DNA of 64,000 nucleotides, from assembly GCA_965224245.1 (NCBI GenBank), contig OZ245046.1, forward strand, positions 4,384,001 through 4,448,000, given 5' to 3'. Both the position numbers and the translations under genes were made by a program. The notes under the pieces were generated by a model. The model saw only the letters and a list, made by a program, of their open reading frames with translations. It was not told the origin of the DNA and ran no database searches. Below, piece after piece: positions 55,260 to 64,000 of this stretch (position 1 is its first letter; every line of letters starts with the position of its first letter). This stretch comes from Candidatus Eiseniibacteriota bacterium. GTDB lineage: Bacteria; Eisenbacteria; RBG-16-71-46; CAZAMP01.

Positions 55260-57030
55260 CCGCGATCGTCTCCTGGAGACCGGGCCCGGTGACGCGTGCC
55301 CAGTAGCGCCCGGGCGCAACCGGCCGTCCGTCGGCGGTGCGCCCGTCCCAGCGCACGCGATGCTCGCCGATCTGGACCACGCGGTTCAACAGGCGGCGAA
55401 CCTCGCGACCGTCCACGTCGTAGATCGAGAGCCGCGTGCGTCCGCCGCGTGACGCGCGGAACGCGATCTCGGTCACGCCGGACAGACTGAACGGATTCGG
55501 CGCGACGCGCGCGATCGCCACCGACGGGCCACCCGGGCTCGACACGCCGACCACGCCTTCCTCGCACTCGTCGGGAATGCCGTTGCCGTTGATGTCCGAG
55601 CTCGTGTCGTCGGCGATGTCCTGGGAGTCGCCCACGCCGTTGCCGTTGCAGTCGTAGTCACCGATGCGCAGGTAGTAGACGTCCTGCTCCCCGTTGAACG
55701 TGGCCGCCCACGCGAGATCGGCCCCGACGAGGTCGGAGTGGATGTCGTAGTAGTCGCCCAGCTTGTTCTGACGGGGCCACCCCAGGTAGCTGTCGAACTC
55801 GGGGCTGAGCGGGATGTTGGGAGTCCAGGTGACCCCTCCGTCCGAGGACGACGAGTAGTAGAGCTGCGAGAGGTTCACCGCACCCGAGCTTCGCGTGTCG
55901 TTCCAGACCACGTCGATCCGCCCGTTCGGCGCCACTCCCATCGTGCCAAACCACTGCCAGTTCCCCGGGCCGTCGGTGTTGATCGTCACCGGCGTGCTCC
56001 AGGCGCCTCCGCCGTTCGTCGAGCGCGTGAACTGCACGTCCAGGGGATCCGACCCGGGGGGGTCCACCGAGCAGAGCGCGTAGATGTGGCCGTTCGTCGG
56101 GTTGACCCGCACCCACGCCTGCCCGAGGAGTCCATCGGGGTTGGGACCGCCGCCGAACCCGATGAAGCCGTTCAGCCCCACCAGCGAGGTCGTGTAGACC
56201 GGCTCCTGTCCCGCCTGGTCGGCGTTCGTGGAACGCGAGAGCAGGAACTCGTCGAGGGCGCTGTCGACGCCGATGATCCACACGGTGCCGTCCGGTCCCA
56301 CGTCCATCGTGCCGAAGCGCGGCCGGTTCACGATGGACACCGGCGACTCGAACGACGCGGCGCCGTCGATCGAACGCGTGACGATGTTCGACCCGCAGCA
56401 GGCGGCGAAGTCACTCCACGCGCTGTGGATGAACCCGTCACCGGGACCGCCGGAGTTGTCCACCACCATCCACTGCTTGTCCCCGCCCCAGGCGGGAACC
56501 GCCGATCCCCACGACTGGCCGGCGTCGGTCGACGTGTACACGTCGGTGTCGAACGTCTCGCGCAGGCTGTTGTAATAGAACGTGCCGTCGGTGGCCGCCG
56601 CGAGCACCGGATCGCTCCGGAAGACGCCGGGGTTGATCACGCCCGGAAACGTCCAGGTCCGTCCGCCGTCCTCGGTGAAGCCCCACCCGGCCTGGCGGAA
56701 GTTGGACGAGATCGTGTCGAACTGGCGCCATCCGATCGCCATTCGCAACGGATTGGTCGGATCCACGGCCAGCGAGGGCTCGTTGGCGGCGTCGCCGGGG
56801 ATGTTGGCCCCCATGTCGTCCACGTTCACCTGGACGCTGGCGAACGGCCCGAGTCGATGCACGTCGGCCCGCGGCGCACCGGGCACCGGGAGCGCCGGCT
56901 CACCCGGGGGATCGTCCGGCGCCTCGTAGTGAGGCAGCGGATGATCCTCGGCCAGGGCCCCGGCGGACAGAAGCGCGGCGACTCCGAGCGCCGACGCGAT
57001 GCGCGCGGCGCGGGCTGGGAGGTTGGACAT
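55243..57030 (-). CDS. Secreted BNR/Asp-box (sialidase-like) beta-propeller protein with FlgD-Ig/T9SS-like tail
   Basis: TEDGGRTW, STDAGQSW, STNGGGAW, SSDGGVTW; DCNGNGVGD repeats; PNPF...IYDVDGR...WDG...PGRY. Confidence 0.85.
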   Translation of the reverse strand: MSNLPARAARIASALGVAALLSAGALAEDHPLPHYEAPDDPPGEPALPVPGAPRADVHRLGPFASVQVNVDDMGANIPGDAANEPSLAVDPTNPLRMAIGWRQFDTISSNFRQAGWGFTEDGGRTWTFPGVINPGVFRSDPVLAAATDGTFYYNSLRETFDTDVYTSTDAGQSWGSAVPAWGGDKQWMVVDNSGGPGDGFIHSAWSDFAACCGSNIVTRSIDGAASFESPVSIVNRPRFGTMDVGPDGTVWIIGVDSALDEFLLSRSTNADQAGQEPVYTTSLVGLNGFIGFGGGPNPDGLLGQAWVRVNPTNGHIYALCSVDPPGSDPLDVQFTRSTNGGGAWSTPVTINTDGPGNWQWFGTMGVAPNGRIDVVWNDTRSSGAVNLSQLYYSSSSDGGVTWTPNIPLSPEFDSYLGWPRQNKLGDYYDIHSDLVGADLAWAATFNGEQDVYYLRIGDYDCNGNGVGDSQDIADDTSSDINGNGIPDECEEGVVGVSSPGGPSVAIARVAPNPFSLSGVTEIAFRASRGGRTRLSIYDVDGREVRRLLNRVVQIGEHRVRWDGRTADGRPVAPGRYWARVTGPGLQETIAVTVIE

Positions 57031-57192
57031 GGTTTGCCCTCCTGGCGCCTGCGCCGGCGGCGCTCGACGCACGTTGTCGAACCGAGTGGATGGCGGCCCC
57101 GAAGACCCTGGAGCATATCACCGAACGTCGAGATCGAACGACCTTCCGGTGCAGGACCGTGCGATCGGTGGGCGGAGCCGGGATGGTCGCGG

Positions 57193-58170
57193 CTACGAGG
57201 CGGCGTCGTGGGCGGCGATGAGCTCGCGTTCGCGCTCGCGGCTCAATCCCGCGCGCCAGGCGCGATCGGCCGGGCGCGTGGCCGACCAGGCAGCCGTGTC
57301 GCGCACGGTCTCGGCCAGCGGCCGGCATCGCAAGCCGGCGCCGAACGTCCGGGTGCAGTCGGCCTCGAGGTCGCCACCGGGGATCCACAGCGGGAGCTCC
57401 ATCCAGGGTCCGACCGACTGTGCGGTCAGGAACTCGTCCGACGCCCAGACGAGCGACGCGCCGCTCTCCAGCGCGGCGACGGTGCGGGTGAGGAAGTCGC
57501 GCATCGTCAGCGGCTCCTCGGGACCGGTCGCGTTGAAGACACCCGCGACGCGCCCCTCGGCGCAGGCGACGATCCAGTCCGCGAGGTCGCGCCCGTCGAC
57601 GAACTGCACCTTGGCGCCCTCGCGCCCGGGCGCCAGCACGCGTCCGCCCTCGGCGAGGCGGGCCGGCCAGTACGTGAAGCGGTCCGTCGGGTCGTGCGGG
57701 CCGACGATCAGGCCGGCCCGCACGTGAAGGACGCGCCCGGGCATCGCCCGCTCGGCGGCACGCTCGCAGAGCGCCTTCAGCGGGCCGTACGTCTCGCCCG
57801 TGATCTCCTCGATGCTCTCGTCCTCCAGCGTATCCACCGGGGAATCCTCGTCGACCACGGCTGCGATCTCGGGATAGACGGAGATGGACGAGACGAACGT
57901 GTAGTGCTCCACCGCGTCGGCCAGGAGCGAGGCGGAGTCTCCGACGATGCGCGGGACGTATCCGCAGGTGTCGACGACGGCATCCCAGCGACGGCCCCTG
58001 AGCGCGTCCAGACCGCCGTCGCGATCCCCGACGAGCTGCTCGAGATCTCCGAAGAGATCGGGATTGGACTTCCCGCGGTTGAAGAGGGTCACGTCGTGCC
58101 CCCGCGCCCGCGCGGCGTCCACGACGTGTCGGCCCAGAAAGACGCGGCCACCGAGGAGCAGGATCTTCAT
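57193..58170 (-). CDS. NAD-dependent epimerase/dehydratase-family protein
   Basis: LLGGRVFLG, FNRG, YGPLKALCE, DPTDRFTYW. Confidence 0.9.
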   Translation of the reverse strand: MKILLLGGRVFLGRHVVDAARARGHDVTLFNRGKSNPDLFGDLEQLVGDRDGGLDALRGRRWDAVVDTCGYVPRIVGDSASLLADAVEHYTFVSSISVYPEIAAVVDEDSPVDTLEDESIEEITGETYGPLKALCERAAERAMPGRVLHVRAGLIVGPHDPTDRFTYWPARLAEGGRVLAPGREGAKVQFVDGRDLADWIVACAEGRVAGVFNATGPEEPLTMRDFLTRTVAALESGASLVWASDEFLTAQSVGPWMELPLWIPGGDLEADCTRTFGAGLRCRPLAETVRDTAAWSATRPADRAWRAGLSRERERELIAAHDAAS

Positions 58171-58209
58171 GATCGCCTTCTACGGCGGACGCCGGGATCG
58201 AGTTGCGGG

Positions 58210-58887
58210 CTACTCGCCCGGGAGGTCGGCGGTCGGCTGCGGCATCGCGATGTGGAGCTCGACACGTCGATTGCGAGCCCGACCCTCGGGCGAATCGTTG
58301 TCGGCGAGCGGCCGGTAGTGTGCGTACCCGACCGCCACCATGCGCTCGGGCGCGACGTCGAAGCCGTACACCATGTACCGCACGACCGAGGCGGCACGCG
58401 CGGTCGAGAGCTCCCAGTTCGAGAAGAACCGGGCCTTGGTCGCCCCGCCGATCGGACGATCGTCGGTGTGGCCCTCGACGCGGACCTCGTGCTCGGGGTA
58501 CTTCGCGAGAACGGTCGCCAGCCGCCCGATGAGATCCTGCCCCACGCTGGTCAGCGTCGCGCTCGCGGAATCGAAGAGCACGTGTCCGGGGAGGCGGAGC
58601 ACCGTACAGGCGTCGAGCCGCTCCATCTGGAGGCGATCGCGCTCGGCGATGCGCTCGAGCTCCTCCTCCAGCTCCTGGGCACGCGCGACCGCGGCCGCGT
58701 AGTCGGTCTCCAGCTGGAAGATCTGCGAGTCCTTGGTGCCGAGCCGACTTCGGAGGGAGACGATCTCGGCGTCGCGCGCTTCGAGCGCGGCGTTGTTCGA
58801 GCAGCCGACGACCACGACCGCGAACGGGAGCACGAGCACGATCGGGGTCGACCGTCGGAGAAGTCCGTTGCGGGCGGGAAACGCCAT
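58210..58887 (-). CDS. OmpA/MotB-family peptidoglycan-binding lipoprotein
   Basis: Lipobox VVGC, coiled coil, VEGHTDD, NWELSTARA, RNRRVE. Confidence 0.9.
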   Translation of the reverse strand: MAFPARNGLLRRSTPIVLVLPFAVVVVGCSNNAALEARDAEIVSLRSRLGTKDSQIFQLETDYAAAVARAQELEEELERIAERDRLQMERLDACTVLRLPGHVLFDSASATLTSVGQDLIGRLATVLAKYPEHEVRVEGHTDDRPIGGATKARFFSNWELSTARAASVVRYMVYGFDVAPERMVAVGYAHYRPLADNDSPEGRARNRRVELHIAMPQPTADLPGE

Positions 58888-59194
58888 GACGCCGTACCTC
58901 CTTGTAGCAGCGGCCTCGCGTGCGAGGATCGCACCCTAGCAGAGGCCCACCCGGGGCGGCAACGGTGCGCGGGCACCCGGTCGAGAAGTCCCGGCGAACG
59001 GTGTCCCGCATACGCTTGCGGTGGATCGCGGGTGATGCCGGGCGCCGCTTGGACGTCCCGCGTGAGGGGTATCCCACGCGGGAAGCGCGACGGCGCTTGA
59101 CCCCGACCGTGCGAGGACGGATCATCGTCCGTCCGCGTTTGGCGCCGGTCCCCGCTCCCACGGAGCTCCGGCGCCGCGCGAAAAGGAGGCGACC

Positions 59195-60586
59195 ATGTCC
59201 GAGTCACGAGTCGAACGCGACAGCATGGGCGAGATGACGGTGCCCGGCGACGCGCTCTGGGGCGCGCAGACACAGAGGGCCGTCGAGAACTTTCCCATCT
59301 CGGGCTATCGGATGCCCCGGCCGTTCATCCGCGCGCTGGGGATGATCAAGCGGGCGGCGGCCCGCACGAACCGCGACCTCGAGCGACTCGACCCGACGCT
59401 CGCCGACTACATCGAGCAGGCCGCGAACGAGGTGATGGAGGGCGACCTCGACCCGCACTTCGTGGTGGACGTGTTCCAGACGGGCAGCGGCACGTCGACG
59501 AACATGAACGCGAACGAGGTCATCTCGAATCGTGCGATCGAGCTGGCCGGCGGCACCATCGGATCCCGCGATCCCGTCCATCCGAACGATCACGTGAACA
59601 TGGGTCAGTCCTCCAATGACGTCATCCCGACCGCGCTCCACGTGTCGGTGGCCAACTCGATCAAGACCGACCTGATCCCCGCGCTGGAGGCGCTCGCGAC
59701 CGCGCTGGACACGAAGGCGCGCGATTTCGACTCGATCATCAAGATCGGCCGCACGCATCTCCAGGACGCCACGCCGATGCGACTGGGCCAGGAGTTCTCG
59801 GGCTATGCGAGCCAGTGCCGACACGGCATCACGCGCGCCGAGCGGGCCATCGACGCCCTGTCCGAGCTCTCGATCGGCGGCACCGCCGTGGGGACCGGCA
59901 TCAACACGCACCGCGATTTCGGACGCCGCGTGGCCGCCGATCTGGCCGACGCCACCGGCATCGACTTCGTCGAGGCGGTCAACCACTTCGAGTCGCAGGC
60001 CTCCAAGGACGCCGTCTGTGAGGCATCGGGGCAGCTCAAGACGATCGCCGTGTCGTTGACCAAGATCGCCAACGACATCCGCTGGCTGGGCTCCGGTCCC
60101 CGCTGCGGACTGGGCGAGCTCCGGATCCCCGCGACACAGCCGGGCTCGAGCATCATGCCGGGCAAGGTCAACCCGGTGATGAGCGAGATGCTGATCCAGG
60201 TGAGCGCCCAGGTGATCGGCAACGACGCGGCCGTCCTGATCGGCTGCCGCGACAGCATCCTGGATCTGAACGTCATGATGCCGCTCCTGGCTCACAACAT
60301 GCTCGAGTCGGTCCGGCTGACGGCCCAGGGCGTGCGCGTGTTCACCGAGCGGTGCGTGGACGGCCTCGACGTGGATGCCGACCGCGCCAACGAGATGGTC
60401 GAGAAGTCGCTGGCGATGTGCACGTCGCTCGTTCCCCACATCGGGTACGACGAGGCCGCCGCGATCGCGAAGGAGGCGTTCGCGACCGGGCGTACCGTGC
60501 GCGATGTGGCCCTCGAGCGATCGGGTCTCAGCGAGGAGCAGCTCGCCGAGGCCCTCGATCCGCTGTCGATGACCGAGCCCGACTGA
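59195..60586 (+). CDS. fumC: Class II fumarate hydratase
   Basis: QTGSGTSTNMN, KIGRTHLQDA, GSSIMPGKVNP. Confidence 0.96.
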   Translation: MSESRVERDSMGEMTVPGDALWGAQTQRAVENFPISGYRMPRPFIRALGMIKRAAARTNRDLERLDPTLADYIEQAANEVMEGDLDPHFVVDVFQTGSGTSTNMNANEVISNRAIELAGGTIGSRDPVHPNDHVNMGQSSNDVIPTALHVSVANSIKTDLIPALEALATALDTKARDFDSIIKIGRTHLQDATPMRLGQEFSGYASQCRHGITRAERAIDALSELSIGGTAVGTGINTHRDFGRRVAADLADATGIDFVEAVNHFESQASKDAVCEASGQLKTIAVSLTKIANDIRWLGSGPRCGLGELRIPATQPGSSIMPGKVNPVMSEMLIQVSAQVIGNDAAVLIGCRDSILDLNVMMPLLAHNMLESVRLTAQGVRVFTERCVDGLDVDADRANEMVEKSLAMCTSLVPHIGYDEAAAIAKEAFATGRTVRDVALERSGLSEEQLAEALDPLSMTEPD

Positions 60587-60607
60587 CGTCCCGAGGGTCC
60601 GCGAGCC

Positions 60608-61507
60608 TCAGAGCCAGCCCGCCTGATCGAAGACGGCGAGGACCCCGCACCCGACCGTGGCCCCGACGAGGTAGTTGCAGGCCGCGTTTGCTGGCCCGCC
60701 CCCGTAGAGGCACTTCGCGCGGGCGCCGGCGCCAGCCGCACCGCAGAGGCTCCAGAACCAGCCCGGCAGCCGTTCGAGATCGGTTCCGCCCCCGGCCGAC
60801 GACTGAATGGTGGTCGTCGCGCGGGCCGACGCGCCGCGTGCCGTCCCCCACCCTGGCGAAGTGCCGATGGCGTTGGCCTCGTTCCCCGCCTCCGAGGCGA
60901 TCGCGCTCAGGACGTCACCGTTGGCGATCTCGCCGAGCCACACCCCCAGGCGATTGGCGTCGGTCAGCGTCGAGCGTTCCGGGAACCAAGCCGGATACTC
61001 CGACACGAAGTCATCGGACGGCCGCGTCGCCGACGGGTGCGTCCACTCGCGTCGTCCGGCGCGGCTGTGAACGTACGTCTCGCGGACGCGGCCGTCGGAC
61101 AGCACGCGTCGCGAGATTCGCATGCGCTCGACGGGCGTGAACTCAATGATCACGTCCTCGCCGTCCGCGCCCAGCTCGTGCCGGATGCCGAACAGGTCAC
61201 CCGAGGCCGACACGAGCCGGATCTCGTAGCCCGCCCCGACCGCCGTGAGGTGATACGCGTACGGAGCGTCCTGGATCTCCAGGCGGGCGGTGACCTCGTG
61301 CGTGCGGGCGTCGGTCGTGACCCCGCGGAGCCGGACGTCGGCGCCCGACGGCAGCTGCCAGCTGCGAGAAGCCGCCGGCTCCGTGCCGGCGGTCGGCGGG
61401 AGGCGTCCGGGGGAGACGGGGGCGACCCCACGGGCATCCTCGCCGACCGTGGAGGCATCGCAGCCCAGGATCGTCATCGTCACGAGCACCGCTCCCATTC
61501 GTCTCAC
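60608..61507 (-). CDS. Hypothetical lipoprotein with Cys-rich hydrophobic C-terminal peptide (paralog 2)
   Basis: RBS AAAGGA, GTG start, lipobox ILGC; shares a motif block with the upstream gene. Confidence 0.72.
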   Translation of the reverse strand: MRRMGAVLVTMTILGCDASTVGEDARGVAPVSPGRLPPTAGTEPAASRSWQLPSGADVRLRGVTTDARTHEVTARLEIQDAPYAYHLTAVGAGYEIRLVSASGDLFGIRHELGADGEDVIIEFTPVERMRISRRVLSDGRVRETYVHSRAGRREWTHPSATRPSDDFVSEYPAWFPERSTLTDANRLGVWLGEIANGDVLSAIASEAGNEANAIGTSPGWGTARGASARATTTIQSSAGGGTDLERLPGWFWSLCGAAGAGARAKCLYGGGPANAACNYLVGATVGCGVLAVFDQAGWL

Positions 61508-61545
61508 GTTCAGTCCTTTCGTATGGTGTGGAACCCCGGGGAACG

Positions 61546-62388
61546 TCATCTCGACAGCCAGCTGGCGAGGCAGAACACGGTCGCCGCTCCCGCGCAGGCC
61601 GCGCAGATCGGCGACCCGGGCGCCGCGATGCACCCGTGCACCGTGCAGCGAACGCCGAGAAGGCACAGGAATCCGGCGAGCCGGTCTCCGGGGTCAACGG
61701 CGCCGAGCGACTCCAGGAGCGAGGTCATGGCCGGATCGGACAGGAGCTCCCGGAGGTGCCGGATCAGCGGGTTCGCATCGGTGAGCTCGGAGCCCGCCCC
61801 GAGCCAGTGGAGGTACTCCTCCTGCCAGTCGTCGCCGGCCACGCGGCCGCTCGGGAACACCCAGCTCCGCACGTCGCCGCCGCTGTGTCGATACGTCTCG
61901 ACGAGCGTGCCGTCGGGACGGACGGCGCTCTCGACGATCACGGACTCCGTGCCGGCGGCCTCGCGTACGACGATGCGCGCGTCGGCGTCGTCGCCGGCGG
62001 CTCGGTCGAGCTGGAGAGACGCCCACCGTCCGCCGGCGGCGCGCTCGAGGCGCGCCCAGGCGCGATCGGCGCCCACGTCGATCCGACCGCGATGCGGGAC
62101 GCCATCGACGTCGAGGCGAAGCTCGACCCCCGAGTCGGTCACGCGGGCGGCCCGCACGACGTATCGGGCACCGGTCAGGTGTCCGCGAAACCGGCTCGCC
62201 GCCTGGGACGTCGGGCCGTCAGCAGACGTCGAGGAGATCGTGGGGCGCTCGGTCCCGCGAGCAACGGGGGCATCGACGGCGGGAGCGCCGGACTCGCGGG
62301 TGGGGATGCGGGACGCATCGGTGTTGCATCCGGACACGATTGGCGACAGTGCGACACACGCCGCCAGCAAGCCGCTCCGAACTCTCAT
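61546..62388 (-). CDS. Hypothetical lipoprotein with Cys-rich hydrophobic C-terminal peptide (paralog 1)
   Basis: GGAGG RBS, lipobox VSGC; six Cys in the last 41 aa. Confidence 0.75.
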   Translation of the reverse strand: MRVRSGLLAACVALSPIVSGCNTDASRIPTRESGAPAVDAPVARGTERPTISSTSADGPTSQAASRFRGHLTGARYVVRAARVTDSGVELRLDVDGVPHRGRIDVGADRAWARLERAAGGRWASLQLDRAAGDDADARIVVREAAGTESVIVESAVRPDGTLVETYRHSGGDVRSWVFPSGRVAGDDWQEEYLHWLGAGSELTDANPLIRHLRELLSDPAMTSLLESLGAVDPGDRLAGFLCLLGVRCTVHGCIAAPGSPICAACAGAATVFCLASWLSR

Positions 62389-62558
62389 GGATCCTCCATG
62401 GTCGAGATCGGGGAGAGGCTCTTGGGGGCGGGATCACGCGGTCTCCGGTCGCGACTGCGAACCCGAGCCCGGGGACGGCTCGTGGGGGGACCGGGACGCT
62501 AGGGCGCGCGAGCTCCGGAGTCAACGTCGAACATCCGACGATCGAGATCTCGATCCCG

Positions 62559-63908
62559 TCAGTGAGCCGGCGGCGGCGGCACCGCCCGCTCGGTGAACGA
62601 GATTCCGCACGCCGCGAGCTTCGCGAGGATCGGCTCGTAGATCGCGCGATGCGTCGGGATGTGACAGCCCGTCAATGCCAGCTCGCCCGACAGCAACGTC
62701 TCGACCGCCAGCGCCGCCGGCAGCCCGACGGTCCTGGACATGGCCGTCATGCCGCCGGGCTCGCCGTACTCGACCATCGTCGACTCGAGCCGCTCGGCCC
62801 CGTTGCCGCGATCGAAGTCCACGACGTGGTGGAGGATGACCATGTCGCGCTGGTCCGGGAGGAGCGGGAGCTTCCGCTCGATGAGATCGGTGAGCATCGC
62901 GGCCGCGGTGTCGCCCTTGCACGTGACGCGCTCGTCCGAGAAGAGACCCAGCCACCGGAGGTTCTCCATGATCCGCCCGGTCGGGCTCACGTCCAGCGCG
63001 CGCGCGACGCGCTTCTCGATCGACGAGACCGTCCCCACCAGCGGCAGGAACATCTCCAGGACCTCGCGGTAGCTCCGCTCCCGGAGCTTCGGGATCCGCA
63101 GCGTCTCGTTGGGGAGTCCGATCCGGACGAGCTTCTCCCACGTCTCGCTCCATCCGGGATAGCGCAGCGTGCCGCGCACCATCGTGTCCACCTCGGGCAG
63201 TCCGAAATGGTCCATGTACGTCAGCGAATCGCGATTCGGATACGCCTCCAGCATCCCCACGCCGTCGATCTCCACGTCCCAGGTCTGATGGAAGAGGCGC
63301 CGGTACGGCACGATCTTGATCTTGCCGTTCTGGAGATACTGTGCACCGGCAGCGCCGGCCATGACCACGTTGCGCGGATTCCAGGTGATCACGTACTTCA
63401 GGGGATTGAGGGTCTCCGACGGCGCGGGCAGGCCGGCCCCGTAGGACAGGAACCCGGTGATCCTGGCCCCCTCGTCGCGCAGCCGGTGGACGAGCGCGAG
63501 CGCCGACATGTGATCGATGCCCGGATCGAGCCCCATCTCGGTCAGGATCAGGACGTTCCGTCTGAGGGCGTCGGCGTTGATGTCGCGGATCTCGGCGCTC
63601 TCGTACGAGGCGGACACCATGTGCGAGCCGCGGCTCACGCAGTCCCAGGCCACCATCGGCTGGAACGGCGGGGCGAGCATGTTCACGACGACGTCCGAGC
63701 GACCGATCTGAGCGTCGCGCAGCGCGGCGTCGTTCACGTCGAACGCGATCGCGTCGCCCGACGGGTGATCCCGAACCGCGGCGCGCGCCTGCTCGATGTC
63801 GAGGTCGCCGACGGTGACGAACCATCCGCCGCGCTCGGCGTTGTCGAGCAGGTATCGGATGAGATAGGGCGCGCTCTTTCCGGCGCCCAGGACGAGGATC
63901 TGCTTCAC
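62559..63908 (-). CDS. Saccharopine dehydrogenase-family protein
   Basis: LVLGAGKS, EMGLDPGIDHMSA, TWNPRNVV, YPNRDS, RGTLRY, AMSRTVG. Confidence 0.92.
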   Translation of the reverse strand: MKQILVLGAGKSAPYLIRYLLDNAERGGWFVTVGDLDIEQARAAVRDHPSGDAIAFDVNDAALRDAQIGRSDVVVNMLAPPFQPMVAWDCVSRGSHMVSASYESAEIRDINADALRRNVLILTEMGLDPGIDHMSALALVHRLRDEGARITGFLSYGAGLPAPSETLNPLKYVITWNPRNVVMAGAAGAQYLQNGKIKIVPYRRLFHQTWDVEIDGVGMLEAYPNRDSLTYMDHFGLPEVDTMVRGTLRYPGWSETWEKLVRIGLPNETLRIPKLRERSYREVLEMFLPLVGTVSSIEKRVARALDVSPTGRIMENLRWLGLFSDERVTCKGDTAAAMLTDLIERKLPLLPDQRDMVILHHVVDFDRGNGAERLESTMVEYGEPGGMTAMSRTVGLPAALAVETLLSGELALTGCHIPTHRAIYEPILAKLAACGISFTERAVPPPPAH

Positions 63909-64000
63909 GGGTCATCCTTCGAGGTTGCGGCTCGCCGGGGCCGGCGCTCCGGCCGGTTCGAATGGGCCGGTCGCGATGATACGCGCTGGGGCGTCGCGCG

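Noticed and set aside
58210-58887. Flagellar motB or Zorya zorB
   Set aside because: It has a lipobox and no adjacent motA/zorA; a generic OmpA-like lipoprotein fits better.

Overview
Very GC-rich (about 70% by eye) diderm bacterial chromosome segment with about 60 genes. Four secreted proteins end in a FlgD-Ig/T9SS-type sorting domain (NPF...IYDxxGRxV...WDG...GxY), which suggests an FCB-group organism such as Ca. Eisenbacteria, Krumholzibacteriota or Latescibacterota (inference only). Housekeeping content includes a MocR regulator with EamA, tpx, aat, maf, moeA-moaC-mog, dsbD with a redoxin, speD-speE, four MscS/CmpX genes with an ECF sigma factor, fumC and saccharopine dehydrogenase. Five things stand out. 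(1) A co-oriented cluster encoding an Omp85-type barrel, a signal-peptide-bearing atypical (HipA/PI3K-like) kinase, an NTT/Tlc nucleotide translocase and a HAD phosphatase, which is a candidate extracytoplasmic phosphorylation system. (2) An integrase-less integron cassette array (CALIN, about 48.4-52.5 kb) with 3 well-formed and 3 degenerate attC-like sites and four intact plus one decayed toxin-antitoxin pair; each intact pair has its own promoter. (3) A deiodinase-like selenoprotein that the ORF track splits at an in-frame UGA followed by a SECIS-like hairpin. (4) Two tandem paralogous lipoproteins with a shared pro-domain and divergent Cys-rich hydrophobic tails, resembling bacteriocin precursors. 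(5) A highly structured leader of about 245 nt with a terminator-like hairpin upstream of speD-speE. No rRNA, tRNA, CRISPR array or integrase was seen. All calls come from motif recognition by eye; no searches were run.
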